Below, one piece after another: positions 47,900 to 56,140 of a stretch of 64,000 bases of DNA. Positions within the stretch are counted from its first letter, which is position 1. Every line of letters begins with the position of its first letter. The translations under genes and the position numbers were made by a program. Below the pieces are notes generated by a model, which was not told where the DNA came from, made no database searches, and saw only the letters and a program-made list of their open reading frames with translations. Source of the stretch: Actinomycetota bacterium (GTDB taxonomy: Bacteria; Actinomycetota; Acidimicrobiia; IMCC26256; PALSA-555); contig PLJD01000043.1 of assembly GCA_003140175.1 (NCBI GenBank), positions 13,271 through 77,270 on the forward strand. The letters run 5' to 3'.

Positions 47900-48684
47900 C
47901 GGCCGGTGACCGGCGAACGCGCGAGGAACCGGTTGATGTTCTGGCGGAACTCGGCCGTATCGAACGACTCGGTCTCCGCCGCCATCGCGAAGTCGATCGT
48001 GGCCAGGACCGCCCGCTCGGCGTGGAGGTTCAACACTCGCTTGGTCGCCTCGACGGCTTGCCGCGGCAATGCGGCGATCTTGTGGGCCGTGGCGAGCGCC
48101 GCGGTCATCACCTCGTCGTCGGGCACCACGTGGTTGGCCAAACCGATCTCCGCGGCGCGCGCCGCGCTGATCCGGTCACCGGTGAACGCGTACTCCTTCG
48201 CGAGGAGCAGGCTCGTGTGCAGCGGCCAGCTGAGAGGACCGCCGTCGGCGGCGACGAGGCCCACGGTCACGTGTGGATCGGACAGGTAGGCCGACTCCGC
48301 GAGATACACCACGTCGGAGAGTGCGATGATGCTGCAGCCGAGACCGACCGCAGCCCCGTTGACTGCGGCGACGACGGGGAGGCGGCACCGGAGCATGTTG
48401 AGGACGAGCTCGCGACCCTCCGCGATGACGCGACGCCGCAACTCGCGATCGTTGGCCATCCGGTCGAGGAACTCGAAGTCCCCGCCGGCCGAGAACGCGC
48501 GACCCTCGCCGGTGATCACGGCAACACGAGCGTCGGGATCCGCGCTCAGCTGCGGGAAGAGTTGTGTCAATCCCAGGTGCAGCTCTTCATTGATCGCGTT
48601 GAGCTGGTCGGGACGTGCGAGCCGCACGACCCGCACCGGGCCTTCGGCCTCGACGCGGATCTCGGCTGGCAGGTCGTAGTCCAT
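47896..48684 (-). CDS. enoyl-CoA hydratase/isomerase
   Basis: RLARPDQLNAIN, VITGEGRAFSAGGDF and AAVNGAAVGLG. ATG at 48684. Confidence 0.85.
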   Translation of the reverse strand: MDYDLPAEIRVEAEGPVRVVRLARPDQLNAINEELHLGLTQLFPQLSADPDARVAVITGEGRAFSAGGDFEFLDRMANDRELRRRVIAEGRELVLNMLRCRLPVVAAVNGAAVGLGCSIIALSDVVYLAESAYLSDPHVTVGLVAADGGPLSWPLHTSLLLAKEYAFTGDRISAARAAEIGLANHVVPDDEVMTAALATAHKIAALPRQAVEATKRVLNLHAERAVLATIDFAMAAETESFDTAEFRQNINRFLARSPVTGR

Positions 48685-48713
48685 TCGGCTTCCTCTCCGG
48701 GTACGCGGTCGGC

Positions 48714-49847
48714 TTAGGCGGTCGGAAGGCCGAGGATCCGCGTGGCGACGATGTTCTTCTGGATCTGCGATGTACCACCCATCACGCTCTGGGCGCGGCT
48801 GTACAGGTAGACGTTCAGGCCCAGGTCGTCGGAGTCGAGCACCGCCCGCGAACCCGAGACGCCAAGGGCCGCCGTGCCGACGGTCTGCTCGACCCACGTC
48901 ATCAGGAGCTTGTCGACGGAGCCGCCTGGCCCGTGCTCGACACCGTCCAGTCGCTCGGACAGGCGTCGGCGGACGTGCAGGCGGAGCATCTCCGCCTGCA
49001 CGTAGGCCCAGGTAACTTGCTCTCGCTGGTCGCTCCGGAACGCGCTCGGGCTCGCACGCACCGCGCGCTCCATCTCGTTGACGGTCTTCGCGTACCGGGC
49101 GACGTACCCAAGCTCGCCAGGCTCGCGTTCATGGCTGACGATCGTCATGGCGATGCGCCACCCCTCGCCGGGCTCGCCGATCATATTCTCGGCGGCAACG
49201 CGTGCGCCGTCGAAGTGCACCTGTCCGAACTCGGTGGTGATGCCGTTGATCATCCGCAGTGGCCGTTGCTCGATGCCGGATTGGTCCATCGGCAACGCGA
49301 ATGCCGACAGCCCTTTGTGCTTCGGCACATCGGGATCGGTGCGCGCGAGGAGGAAGCACCAGTCGGCGACGTCGGAGTAGCTCGTCCACACCTTGTGACC
49401 GTTGATCACGTAGTCATCGCCGTCACGCGTGGCCGTGGTGCGCAGCGACGCCAGGTCTGAGCCAGCGTCGGGCTCACTGAAGCCCTGGCACCACCGCTGG
49501 CGCCCACTGATCAGGCCGGGCAGGAACCGATCCTTGATCGCGTCGCTCCCGTGCGCCGTGATCCCCTGGACGAGGTACCCGAGGCTCGGGCGCGGTGGTG
49601 CGCCGGCGGCCGCGAGCTCGTCGTCGAGGATCACGTCGAAGACCGTCGGCAGGTCGTGACCGCCGAAGCGGGCGGGCCAGCTCAGGCCGAAGAAGCCGGC
49701 GTCGTAGAGCGCGGTGTGCCACTCGGCCTGTCGGACCCAGTACTCGTCGTTGGTCGAGGAGGCCGGCAAGCCCAGGTTGTGCTCGGCGAGCCACGCGCGT
49801 AGCCGGCTCCGGAACTCAGCTTCCGCCGGCGAGTCACGGAAGTCCAT
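48714..49847 (-). CDS. acyl-CoA dehydrogenase (alpha-type)
   Basis: Motifs WCQGFSEPDAGSDL, GHKVWTS and GGTSQIQKNIVATRILGL. ATG at 49847 overlaps the upstream gene by 14 nt. Confidence 0.9.
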   Translation of the reverse strand: MDFRDSPAEAEFRSRLRAWLAEHNLGLPASSTNDEYWVRQAEWHTALYDAGFFGLSWPARFGGHDLPTVFDVILDDELAAAGAPPRPSLGYLVQGITAHGSDAIKDRFLPGLISGRQRWCQGFSEPDAGSDLASLRTTATRDGDDYVINGHKVWTSYSDVADWCFLLARTDPDVPKHKGLSAFALPMDQSGIEQRPLRMINGITTEFGQVHFDGARVAAENMIGEPGEGWRIAMTIVSHEREPGELGYVARYAKTVNEMERAVRASPSAFRSDQREQVTWAYVQAEMLRLHVRRRLSERLDGVEHGPGGSVDKLLMTWVEQTVGTAALGVSGSRAVLDSDDLGLNVYLYSRAQSVMGGTSQIQKNIVATRILGLPTA

Positions 49848-50886
49848 CGACGGTCCCCAACCGCTCTCGCTCGAGCTGGCGCAGCTGCTCGCCGTCGTCA
49901 CCGAACCACTGGGAGGAGAGCAATGCACGCCGCAGGAACACGTGGACGAGGCATTCCCACGTGTTCCCGATCCCGCCGTGCACCTGCACCGCGGTCTCGC
50001 AGACATCCCGGGCCGCGCGTGCGCAATACGCCTTGGCCACCCGTCCGGCAGTTCGGGCATCGGCGGGCGGCAGGTCGTCGACGGCCCACGACGCGTGCAG
50101 CGCGACGCTGATGGAACCCTCCATCAGGCAGTGCGCGTCGGCGAGAAGGTGTTGCACAGCCTGGAACGAGCCGACAGGAACCCCGAATTGTCGGCGCTCG
50201 ACCGCGTAAGCGACCGCGAGCTCGAGCACCCCGCGCATCAGCCCGACGAGGTCGGCACTCGTCAGCGCCAAGCCGAGCGCGGTCCAGGAGGCGAGCTCGT
50301 CGTCCGTCAGGATCCGACGCTGGCCGGGAACCTCGACGACGGTTGCGCCGGGAGGGATCAGACAGGTGCTCCTCGTGAGATCGGCACCGTGGTCCGCGCC
50401 GATCGCCGCGCCGTCGACCCGGACCTGCGCGAGGCGGTACCCACCGCCGACGCGGACGAGGCCGTACACCGGGCCACCGTCGGCGGGCAGGTCGACCGCG
50501 TGGAGTGCTGTTGTCGTGACGGGAGTCTCCAGTACGGCCACTCCGAGCAGATCGGGCGTGTACGCGACTACAGGCGTCCCCAGGTTGGCGGCTCCGCAGC
50601 GTCGGGCCAGGTCGGCGGCGAGGACGGGGCCCCCGAACGCAACGTCGGCGACGGTTTCCGCCAGTCCTTCCGCGAGGATCGCCGCCTCGACGCCGCCCGC
50701 GAGCGGCTCACCGTCGCCACGGTCGTCTCGGAGTTCGAGCCAGCCGGCGTCGTGCACGGCGACGGCGAGGCGTTTGGCCCGGGTCTGATCGTCGAGGTCG
50801 GCCACCGTGCTGGGCCCCAGCTGACCCGCGAGCTGGTGGGCGGCGCGCCGGAGCTCCGCCTGCTCGGGCGTGTCGCGGGTGTCCAC
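49834..50886 (-). CDS. acyl-CoA dehydrogenase family protein (beta-type)
   Basis: 350 aa with RRQFGVPVGSFQAVQHLLAD and VHGGIGNTWE. It lacks the WCQxFSEP-type middle motif. GTG start. Confidence 0.8.
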   Translation of the reverse strand: MDTRDTPEQAELRRAAHQLAGQLGPSTVADLDDQTRAKRLAVAVHDAGWLELRDDRGDGEPLAGGVEAAILAEGLAETVADVAFGGPVLAADLARRCGAANLGTPVVAYTPDLLGVAVLETPVTTTALHAVDLPADGGPVYGLVRVGGGYRLAQVRVDGAAIGADHGADLTRSTCLIPPGATVVEVPGQRRILTDDELASWTALGLALTSADLVGLMRGVLELAVAYAVERRQFGVPVGSFQAVQHLLADAHCLMEGSISVALHASWAVDDLPPADARTAGRVAKAYCARAARDVCETAVQVHGGIGNTWECLVHVFLRRALLSSQWFGDDGEQLRQLERERLGTVDGLP

Positions 50887-50945
50887 GTAGGTAGAACCTA
50901 GTTATTCAAATTTGGGAATACAAAACCCAACCATCAGATCACGTT
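50887..50945 (-). promoter_or_regulatory. AT-rich promoter/operator candidate upstream of the ACAD operon
   Basis: TAGTTATTCAAATTTGGGAATACAAAA is by far the most AT-rich stretch I saw in the window. It sits directly upstream of the GTG at 50886 and contains the inverted repeat TATTC-N8-GAATA (50903-50920). Confidence 0.3.
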
Positions 50946-51047
50946 CCGTGGCCGGCCCGGCCGCGCCACGCGCCCGGTACCGCGGCTCGGTGAGCACGCC
51001 GACGCGACGTTCCGCCCTGACCCAACCAGCTGAGGTTGCGTGCAGGG

Positions 51048-51619
51048 TCAGTGATCGGTCTGCGCACGAGCGAGGAGCCCGCGCGCGATCACGAGTGCCT
51101 GGATCTCGTTCGTGCCCTCGCCGATGATCATGAGCGGCGCATCGCGGAAATAGCGCTCGACGGGGAGCTCGTCGTGTATCCGATGCCGCCATGTATCCGC
51201 ATGGACTCCGTGGCTAGCTCGAGTGCCGTCTCGCTCGGGAACAGTTTGGCCATGCCGGCTTCGACGTCGCAACGGAGCCCGGCCTGCCTCCGCTCCTCGG
51301 CGGAGACGGTCAGCAGCCGCGCCGCTTCGAGACCCGTCGCCATGTCGCCGAGCTTCAGCTGGATGGCATGGTGCTGCGCGATCGGCTTCCGCGTCGTCAC
51401 CCGCTGCTGAGCGTAGGAGAGCGCCGCGTCGAACGCCGCACGTGCCACTCCGACGGCACGCGCCGCGATGTTGATTCGCCCGACCTCGAGCACGCTCAGG
51501 ATCTGCGGGAGCCCACGCCCTGCAGCGCCGAGGAGCGCGTCCGCTGGGAGGCGGTGGTCGACGTAGACCATCTCCACCGTCTCGATCCCCGGCAGCTCCG
51601 GTTCGGTCTGCATGCTCAT
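51048..51619 (-). pseudogene. acyl-CoA dehydrogenase remnant (5-prime truncated and frameshifted)
   Basis: Only the C-terminal half of an ACAD is present (VDHRLPADALLG...RINIAARAVGVARAAFDAALSYAQQRVTTRKPIAQHHAIQLKLGDMA...HGGIGYT). The conserved end PVERYFRDAPLMIIGEGTNEIQALVIARGLL lies in another frame (ORF 51048..51272). The switch is near 51185, beside a C4 run. Confidence 0.7.
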
Positions 51620-51622
51620 GCG

Positions 51623-52765
51623 CTAGATCGACAGGATCGACACGCCGGCGGTCCCGGGAGCGCCGTAGAGCTGTGTGTAGCCGACCTTGGGGCGTCCCGG
51701 GACCTGTCGGTCGCCGGCCTGCGCGCGCAGCTGCAGCACGATCTCGTGGACCTGTCGGAGCCCGGACGCGCCGATCGGCTCGCCGTTCGCGATGAGCCCG
51801 CCGTCGGTGTTGACCGGCAGTGCCCCGCCGATCTCGAGCGCGCCGTCGGCCACCAAGGCCTCCTGGTCGCCGTCACAGCAGAAGCCGTTCTCGGCGAGGT
51901 GGATGATCTCGGCCCCGGCGTCGGTGTCCTGGAGCTGTATGACGTCGACGTCTTCGGGGCCGAGGCCGGCGATCTCGAACGCCGCTCGCGACGCGTCCAC
52001 CGTGGGCCCGACGGTCTCCTCTACGGGGAGCCAGGGGCTGTGAACCTCGAAAGCGCCGAGGCGCCGGGTCCGTACGGTCGTGGCGCGGAGGTAGATCGGA
52101 GTGTCGGTGTAGCGGCGGGCATCTTCGGCGCGACACAGCACCACCGCGGCGGCGCCCTCGTCGGGACTGCAGAACATGTACTGAGTGAGCGGATAGTTCA
52201 GCATCGGCGATCCGAGGATCTCGTCCTCACTGAGGGGCTTGCGCCGAAACGCGTTCTCGTTCAACGCACCGTTTCGCAGGTTCTTCGCCACCACCTTGGC
52301 CAGCGTCGAGTGCGAGATGCCGTGATCGTGCATGTACTTGTTGATCTTCATCCCGAAGAACTTCGTGGTGACGAACTGCCCGAGCTCGCCGTACCAAGAC
52401 GGGCACGCGTACTGACGGGGGTCGGCGCTGAAAGCGCCGGGTAGGTGCTTGTCCATGCCGACGGCGATGCCCAGGCCGTGATCCCCAAGCCGGATCGTGT
52501 CGGAAGCAAGGGTGAGCGCGCTCGCGGCGGTGGCGCACCCGTTATAGACGTCGGTGAAGGGGATCCCCGTGAGTCCGAGGAGCGCGACCACCGCGTCGGG
52601 GTTGTCGACTTCGTAGCTTCCTCCGAAGGCGAACTGGATGTCACGCCACTCGACACCCGCGTCGCCGAGGGCCCGACGGATCGCGATAGCGCCCATCTCA
52701 ATTCCCGACACACCTGGAAAGCGACCGAACGGATGCAGGCCGACTCCCACGATGGCAACGTCCAT
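51623..52765 (-). CDS. thiolase-like protein (SCP-x / lipid-transfer-protein type)
   Basis: MDVAIVGVGLHPFGRF, YNGCATAASAL and NTDGGLIANGEPIGASG. The position I remember as GHP reads GEP. The usual partner, a DUF35 gene, lies directly upstream. Confidence 0.85.
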   Translation of the reverse strand: MDVAIVGVGLHPFGRFPGVSGIEMGAIAIRRALGDAGVEWRDIQFAFGGSYEVDNPDAVVALLGLTGIPFTDVYNGCATAASALTLASDTIRLGDHGLGIAVGMDKHLPGAFSADPRQYACPSWYGELGQFVTTKFFGMKINKYMHDHGISHSTLAKVVAKNLRNGALNENAFRRKPLSEDEILGSPMLNYPLTQYMFCSPDEGAAAVVLCRAEDARRYTDTPIYLRATTVRTRRLGAFEVHSPWLPVEETVGPTVDASRAAFEIAGLGPEDVDVIQLQDTDAGAEIIHLAENGFCCDGDQEALVADGALEIGGALPVNTDGGLIANGEPIGASGLRQVHEIVLQLRAQAGDRQVPGRPKVGYTQLYGAPGTAGVSILSI

Positions 52766-52808
52766 ACCGGTGTCCTCTCTCTGCGTGTTCGTGCTCGCGA
52801 TCGTGCGT

Positions 52809-53228
52809 TCAGCCGACCGGACGGAACGCGAAGGTCATGACCTCATCTCCGTCGCGGTCGCGGAACGGCACCAAAACGAGCTCCATCTCCATCCCTTGCG
52901 TCAACGCGCTGGGATCGGCCTCGGTCAGGCGGGCCTCCACTCTCACTTCACCGCCGAGTTCCACGTACCCGACGCCGAAGGGGACGAACGCGTCGCCGGT
53001 AGGCCCGGCATACGGTGGCGACGGCGGTGGGAAGTCCTGGGTCGTCCATGCCCACAGACGGCCTCGCCGGGCCAGGAGATGCTCCTCCATCGCCGTGGAC
53101 GGGCAGCGTGGGCACGACACCTGCGCTGGAAACGTGACGATCTGACACAGAGTGCAGCGGCTTCCGATGAGCTGTGGCTGGTCGGACGGCCAGGTGAAGA
53201 TGCCGTCCGCGATCGGGACTTGCGCCAT
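52809..53228 (-). CDS. Zn-ribbon / OB-fold protein (DUF35 family)
   Basis: CTLCQIVTFPAQVSCPRC (four-Cys ribbon) is followed by an OB-fold-like part, VPFGVGYVELGGEVRVEARL. ATG at 53228. Confidence 0.8.
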   Translation of the reverse strand: MAQVPIADGIFTWPSDQPQLIGSRCTLCQIVTFPAQVSCPRCPSTAMEEHLLARRGRLWAWTTQDFPPPSPPYAGPTGDAFVPFGVGYVELGGEVRVEARLTEADPSALTQGMEMELVLVPFRDRDGDEVMTFAFRPVG

Positions 53229-53431
53229 CAGGTCCTCCAGTCGTCGGGTTCCCACCGCAGATACGCAGGTCGGCGATCGTCGGAGACGCGGATCGTGAAC
53301 CCGGGCCGTCGCCGGTCGCGACGTGCCGCGATGCCTTCGCGCGCGTCAGGCGCGACGGCGGCCGCGGCACCACGGCGCGCCAGCCCATCGACGCCCGCAA
53401 TTTCGCACTGGATCGCCTTGTCGTCGGTCAC
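53228..53431 (-). CDS. small hypothetical protein (67 aa), coupled at both ends
   Basis: GTG at 53431 overlaps the acyl-CoA synthetase stop (GTGA), and its TGA overlaps the DUF35 ATG (TGATG). By my count about 80% of third positions are G/C. No recognisable motif. Confidence 0.45.
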   Translation of the reverse strand: MTDDKAIQCEIAGVDGLARRGAAAAVAPDAREGIAARRDRRRPGFTIRVSDDRRPAYLRWEPDDWRT

Positions 53432-55008
53432 GACGGCACCGCCCGGGCCCGCAGCTCGTCCTTGACCACCTTCCCGGTCGCGTTGACGGGCAGCGCGTCG
53501 AGGAAGACAACCGACCGAGGCACCTTGAAGTTCGCCATTTCGTCGCGAGCCCACGCGATGATTTCTGACGACTCGACCGGCGGACCAGGAGCGAGCACCA
53601 CAAAAGCCTGGCCGACCTCGCCGAGGCGAGCGTCGGGGACGCCGATCACCGCCACCTGCGCGATGCGTGGGTGACGCAACAGCAGATTCTCGATTTCGGC
53701 GGGGTACGCGTTGAAGCCGCCGACGATGAACATGTCCTTGATCCGCCCGACGATCCGCAGGTAACCGTCGGCGTCGAAGGTGCCGAGGTCACCGGTGTGG
53801 AGCCATCCGCGGTCGTCGATCGCGGCGGCGGTCGCGTCCGGATCGTCGAGGTAGCCGCGCATCACCGTCTCACCCCGCACCACGACCTCGCCCGGCTCTC
53901 CGGGCAGCGTGCCGGCTCCCGCTTCGGTGACCGTGCGGACCTCGAAGCCTTCCCACGGCACGCCGACCGTCGTGGCGACATGCTCGAAGTCGTCATCGGG
54001 CCTGCTGCCTGTGACCGTGCCAGCTTCGGTGAGCCCGTACCCGGTGAGGATGTGCTCAAACGGCAGCTCCTCGCGCACCCGACGGATCAGCTCCACCGGT
54101 ATGTCAGCTGCCCCGGTGACGGCGACGCGCAGGCTCGAGATGTCGCGCCGCGCGCGGTCCGGATGGTCGAGCAGGGTCTGGTAGATCGTCGGCGGTCCCG
54201 GGAGCACCGAGATCCGCTCGCGCTCGACAAGCTCGAGAACGACCGCGGGGTCGAACACGGCGACCGGGACGATCGTCGAACCGCGCATGAGCGATGCGAG
54301 GCAGCCGGCCTTGTAGCCGAAGATGTGGAAGAACGGGTTCGCGATGAGGTAGCGGTCGCCCGGGCGAAGGTCGGCCCAGTCGCACCACGCGAGATAGGCG
54401 CGCAACGTCTGGCCGTGCGCCATCACCACACCCTTGGGGCTCCCGGTTGTGCCGGAGGTGAAGACGACGTCGCTGGGGTCGTCCGGACCGATCGATCCGA
54501 GGCGAGCCTCCAGGTCCGCGTCGGGTAGGTCGCGCTCCCGAGCGAGGAACTCGTCCCAGGCAACCGATGCGTCGTCGGCGTCACCGGACAGCAGAATGGT
54601 GTGCTGGAGATCGGGGAGCGGTGCCCCGGCGTCCGCGAGGAGCGCGGGGTAATCCGTGTCCAGGAACCCCCGCACGGTGAACAGGGCGCGTGCCCGGGAC
54701 GCAGTGAGCACGAACGCCGCCTCGGACCCCCGGAACCGCGTGTTGACCGGGACCAGCACTCCGCCCGCCGTGGTAACGCCGAGCGCGGCGACGATCCACT
54801 GCAGGGAGTTCGGAGCCCACACCGCGACCCGGTCACCCCGTTCGACCCCCGACGCGAGGAGCGCGCGGGCGCCTCGTGTGACCATCGCCGAGAGCTCGGC
54901 GAATCCCACTCGACGTGCGCCGTCCACCACTGCCTCGGCGTCGCCGTACCGACGCGCCGCGTCCCGGACCATGGCGGGAACCGTGGGCCAGGTGACCTCG
55001 CTGCGCAC
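53428..55008 (-). CDS. acyl-CoA synthetase (AMP-forming, FadD-like)
   Basis: Motifs TSGTTGSPKGV, GYGLTEAG and DRGWLHTGDLG. The start is uncertain: GTG at 55008 after GGGGG, with 55014 and 54972 as alternatives. Confidence 0.85.
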   Translation of the reverse strand: MRSEVTWPTVPAMVRDAARRYGDAEAVVDGARRVGFAELSAMVTRGARALLASGVERGDRVAVWAPNSLQWIVAALGVTTAGGVLVPVNTRFRGSEAAFVLTASRARALFTVRGFLDTDYPALLADAGAPLPDLQHTILLSGDADDASVAWDEFLARERDLPDADLEARLGSIGPDDPSDVVFTSGTTGSPKGVVMAHGQTLRAYLAWCDWADLRPGDRYLIANPFFHIFGYKAGCLASLMRGSTIVPVAVFDPAVVLELVERERISVLPGPPTIYQTLLDHPDRARRDISSLRVAVTGAADIPVELIRRVREELPFEHILTGYGLTEAGTVTGSRPDDDFEHVATTVGVPWEGFEVRTVTEAGAGTLPGEPGEVVVRGETVMRGYLDDPDATAAAIDDRGWLHTGDLGTFDADGYLRIVGRIKDMFIVGGFNAYPAEIENLLLRHPRIAQVAVIGVPDARLGEVGQAFVVLAPGPPVESSEIIAWARDEMANFKVPRSVVFLDALPVNATGKVVKDELRARAVPS

Positions 55009-55123
55009 TTGCACCCCCGTCGTGAAGCTTGCGAGAACGACGCTAGCAGAGCGGGAAAGACGGCTTGCAGGAACCGAATATGGTCTTATCATCGGGCGCG
55101 GACCCGCTGAGCCCTGGAACCGC

Positions 55124-56140
55124 ATGCTTCCCGATCACGAGTACCACCCGCTGCGGATCGTCGACGCGGTCGACGAGACCGGTGACACGCGCTCCTTCGT
55201 ACTGGAGGTCTCGTCCGCCCTTGAGGAGACGTTCGCCTACGCCGCCGGGCAGTTCTGCACGTTCCGGGCCACGATCGACGACGAATCCGTGGTCCGGTGC
55301 TACTCGATGTCGAGCTCGTCCGACACGGGCGAGCGATTCACCACGACGGTCAAGCGGGTCCCCGGCGGACGCATGTCGAACTGGATGATCGATACGCTCG
55401 CACCGGGCGACACCATCGACGTCATGCGGCCCGCGGGTCTCTTCGTGCTGCGCGAGACACGCGTCCCAATCGTCGCGTTCGCCGGTGGCAGCGGCATCAC
55501 CCCGGCGATCTCGGTCATCAAGAGCGCGCTTGCCACCACAACGCGTGCCATCACCCTCGTGTACGCCAACCGCAGCGCCGACTCGGTAATCTTCGCCGAC
55601 GAGCTCGGCCGCCTAGCCGCGGCATCGGGCGGGCGGTTCTCAGTTCAGCACCATCTCGATTCGGAGCGCGGATTCCTGGATGCCGCGGCATGCGCAGCGT
55701 TCGTGGGTGAGCGCACGCAGGCTGACTTCTACGTCTGCGGTCCGGGCCCGTACATGGATACGGTCGAGGCCGGCCTCGCGCTGCTCGACGTCTCGCCCGC
55801 GCAGCTGTTCATCGAGCGATTCGTCGTCCCGGAAGACGGGGATGCCACCGACGAGGTCCGCGCCACGGCGTCACTCGTGATCCGCCTCGAGAGCCGCGAG
55901 CACAGCCTCGCCTACCAGGCGGGCGACACTCTCCTCGAGGCCGCCCGGCGCGCCGGCCTCAGCCCGCCGTACTCGTGCGAGGCGGGCAGCTGTGCCACCT
56001 GCATGGCGCATCTCGACGTGGGATCCGCCACGATGCGGGTGAACAATGCGCTCACTCCGGACGAGGTCGACACCGGCTGGGTGCTGACCTGCCAGGCGAT
56101 CCCGACCAGCCCGGAGGTCGTGGTCGACTACGACGCGTGA
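55124..56140 (+). CDS. FNR-type flavin reductase fused to a plant-type [2Fe-2S] ferredoxin (PDR/KshB/PaaE-like)
   Basis: RCYSMSS (RxYS flavin motif), GGSGITP (NAD(P)H site) and C-terminal CEAGSCATCMAHL...LTCQA. ATG at 55124. Confidence 0.85.
   Translation: MLPDHEYHPLRIVDAVDETGDTRSFVLEVSSALEETFAYAAGQFCTFRATIDDESVVRCYSMSSSSDTGERFTTTVKRVPGGRMSNWMIDTLAPGDTIDVMRPAGLFVLRETRVPIVAFAGGSGITPAISVIKSALATTTRAITLVYANRSADSVIFADELGRLAAASGGRFSVQHHLDSERGFLDAAACAAFVGERTQADFYVCGPGPYMDTVEAGLALLDVSPAQLFIERFVVPEDGDATDEVRATASLVIRLESREHSLAYQAGDTLLEAARRAGLSPPYSCEAGSCATCMAHLDVGSATMRVNNALTPDEVDTGWVLTCQAIPTSPEVVVDYDA

Noticed and set aside
50892-50905. TAGAACCTAGTTAT, resembling the KstR operator (TnnAACnnGTTnnA) of sterol regulons
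   Set aside because: The AAC and GTT half-sites are 3 nt apart instead of 2 and the outer positions are not symmetric. This is not enough to call a KstR site, so I kept only the generic AT-rich promoter call.
55040-55055. ACGCTAG heptamer shared with the candidate operator at 28151-28162
   Set aside because: A 7-mer is expected several times by chance in 64 kb on two strands, and there is no surrounding symmetry.
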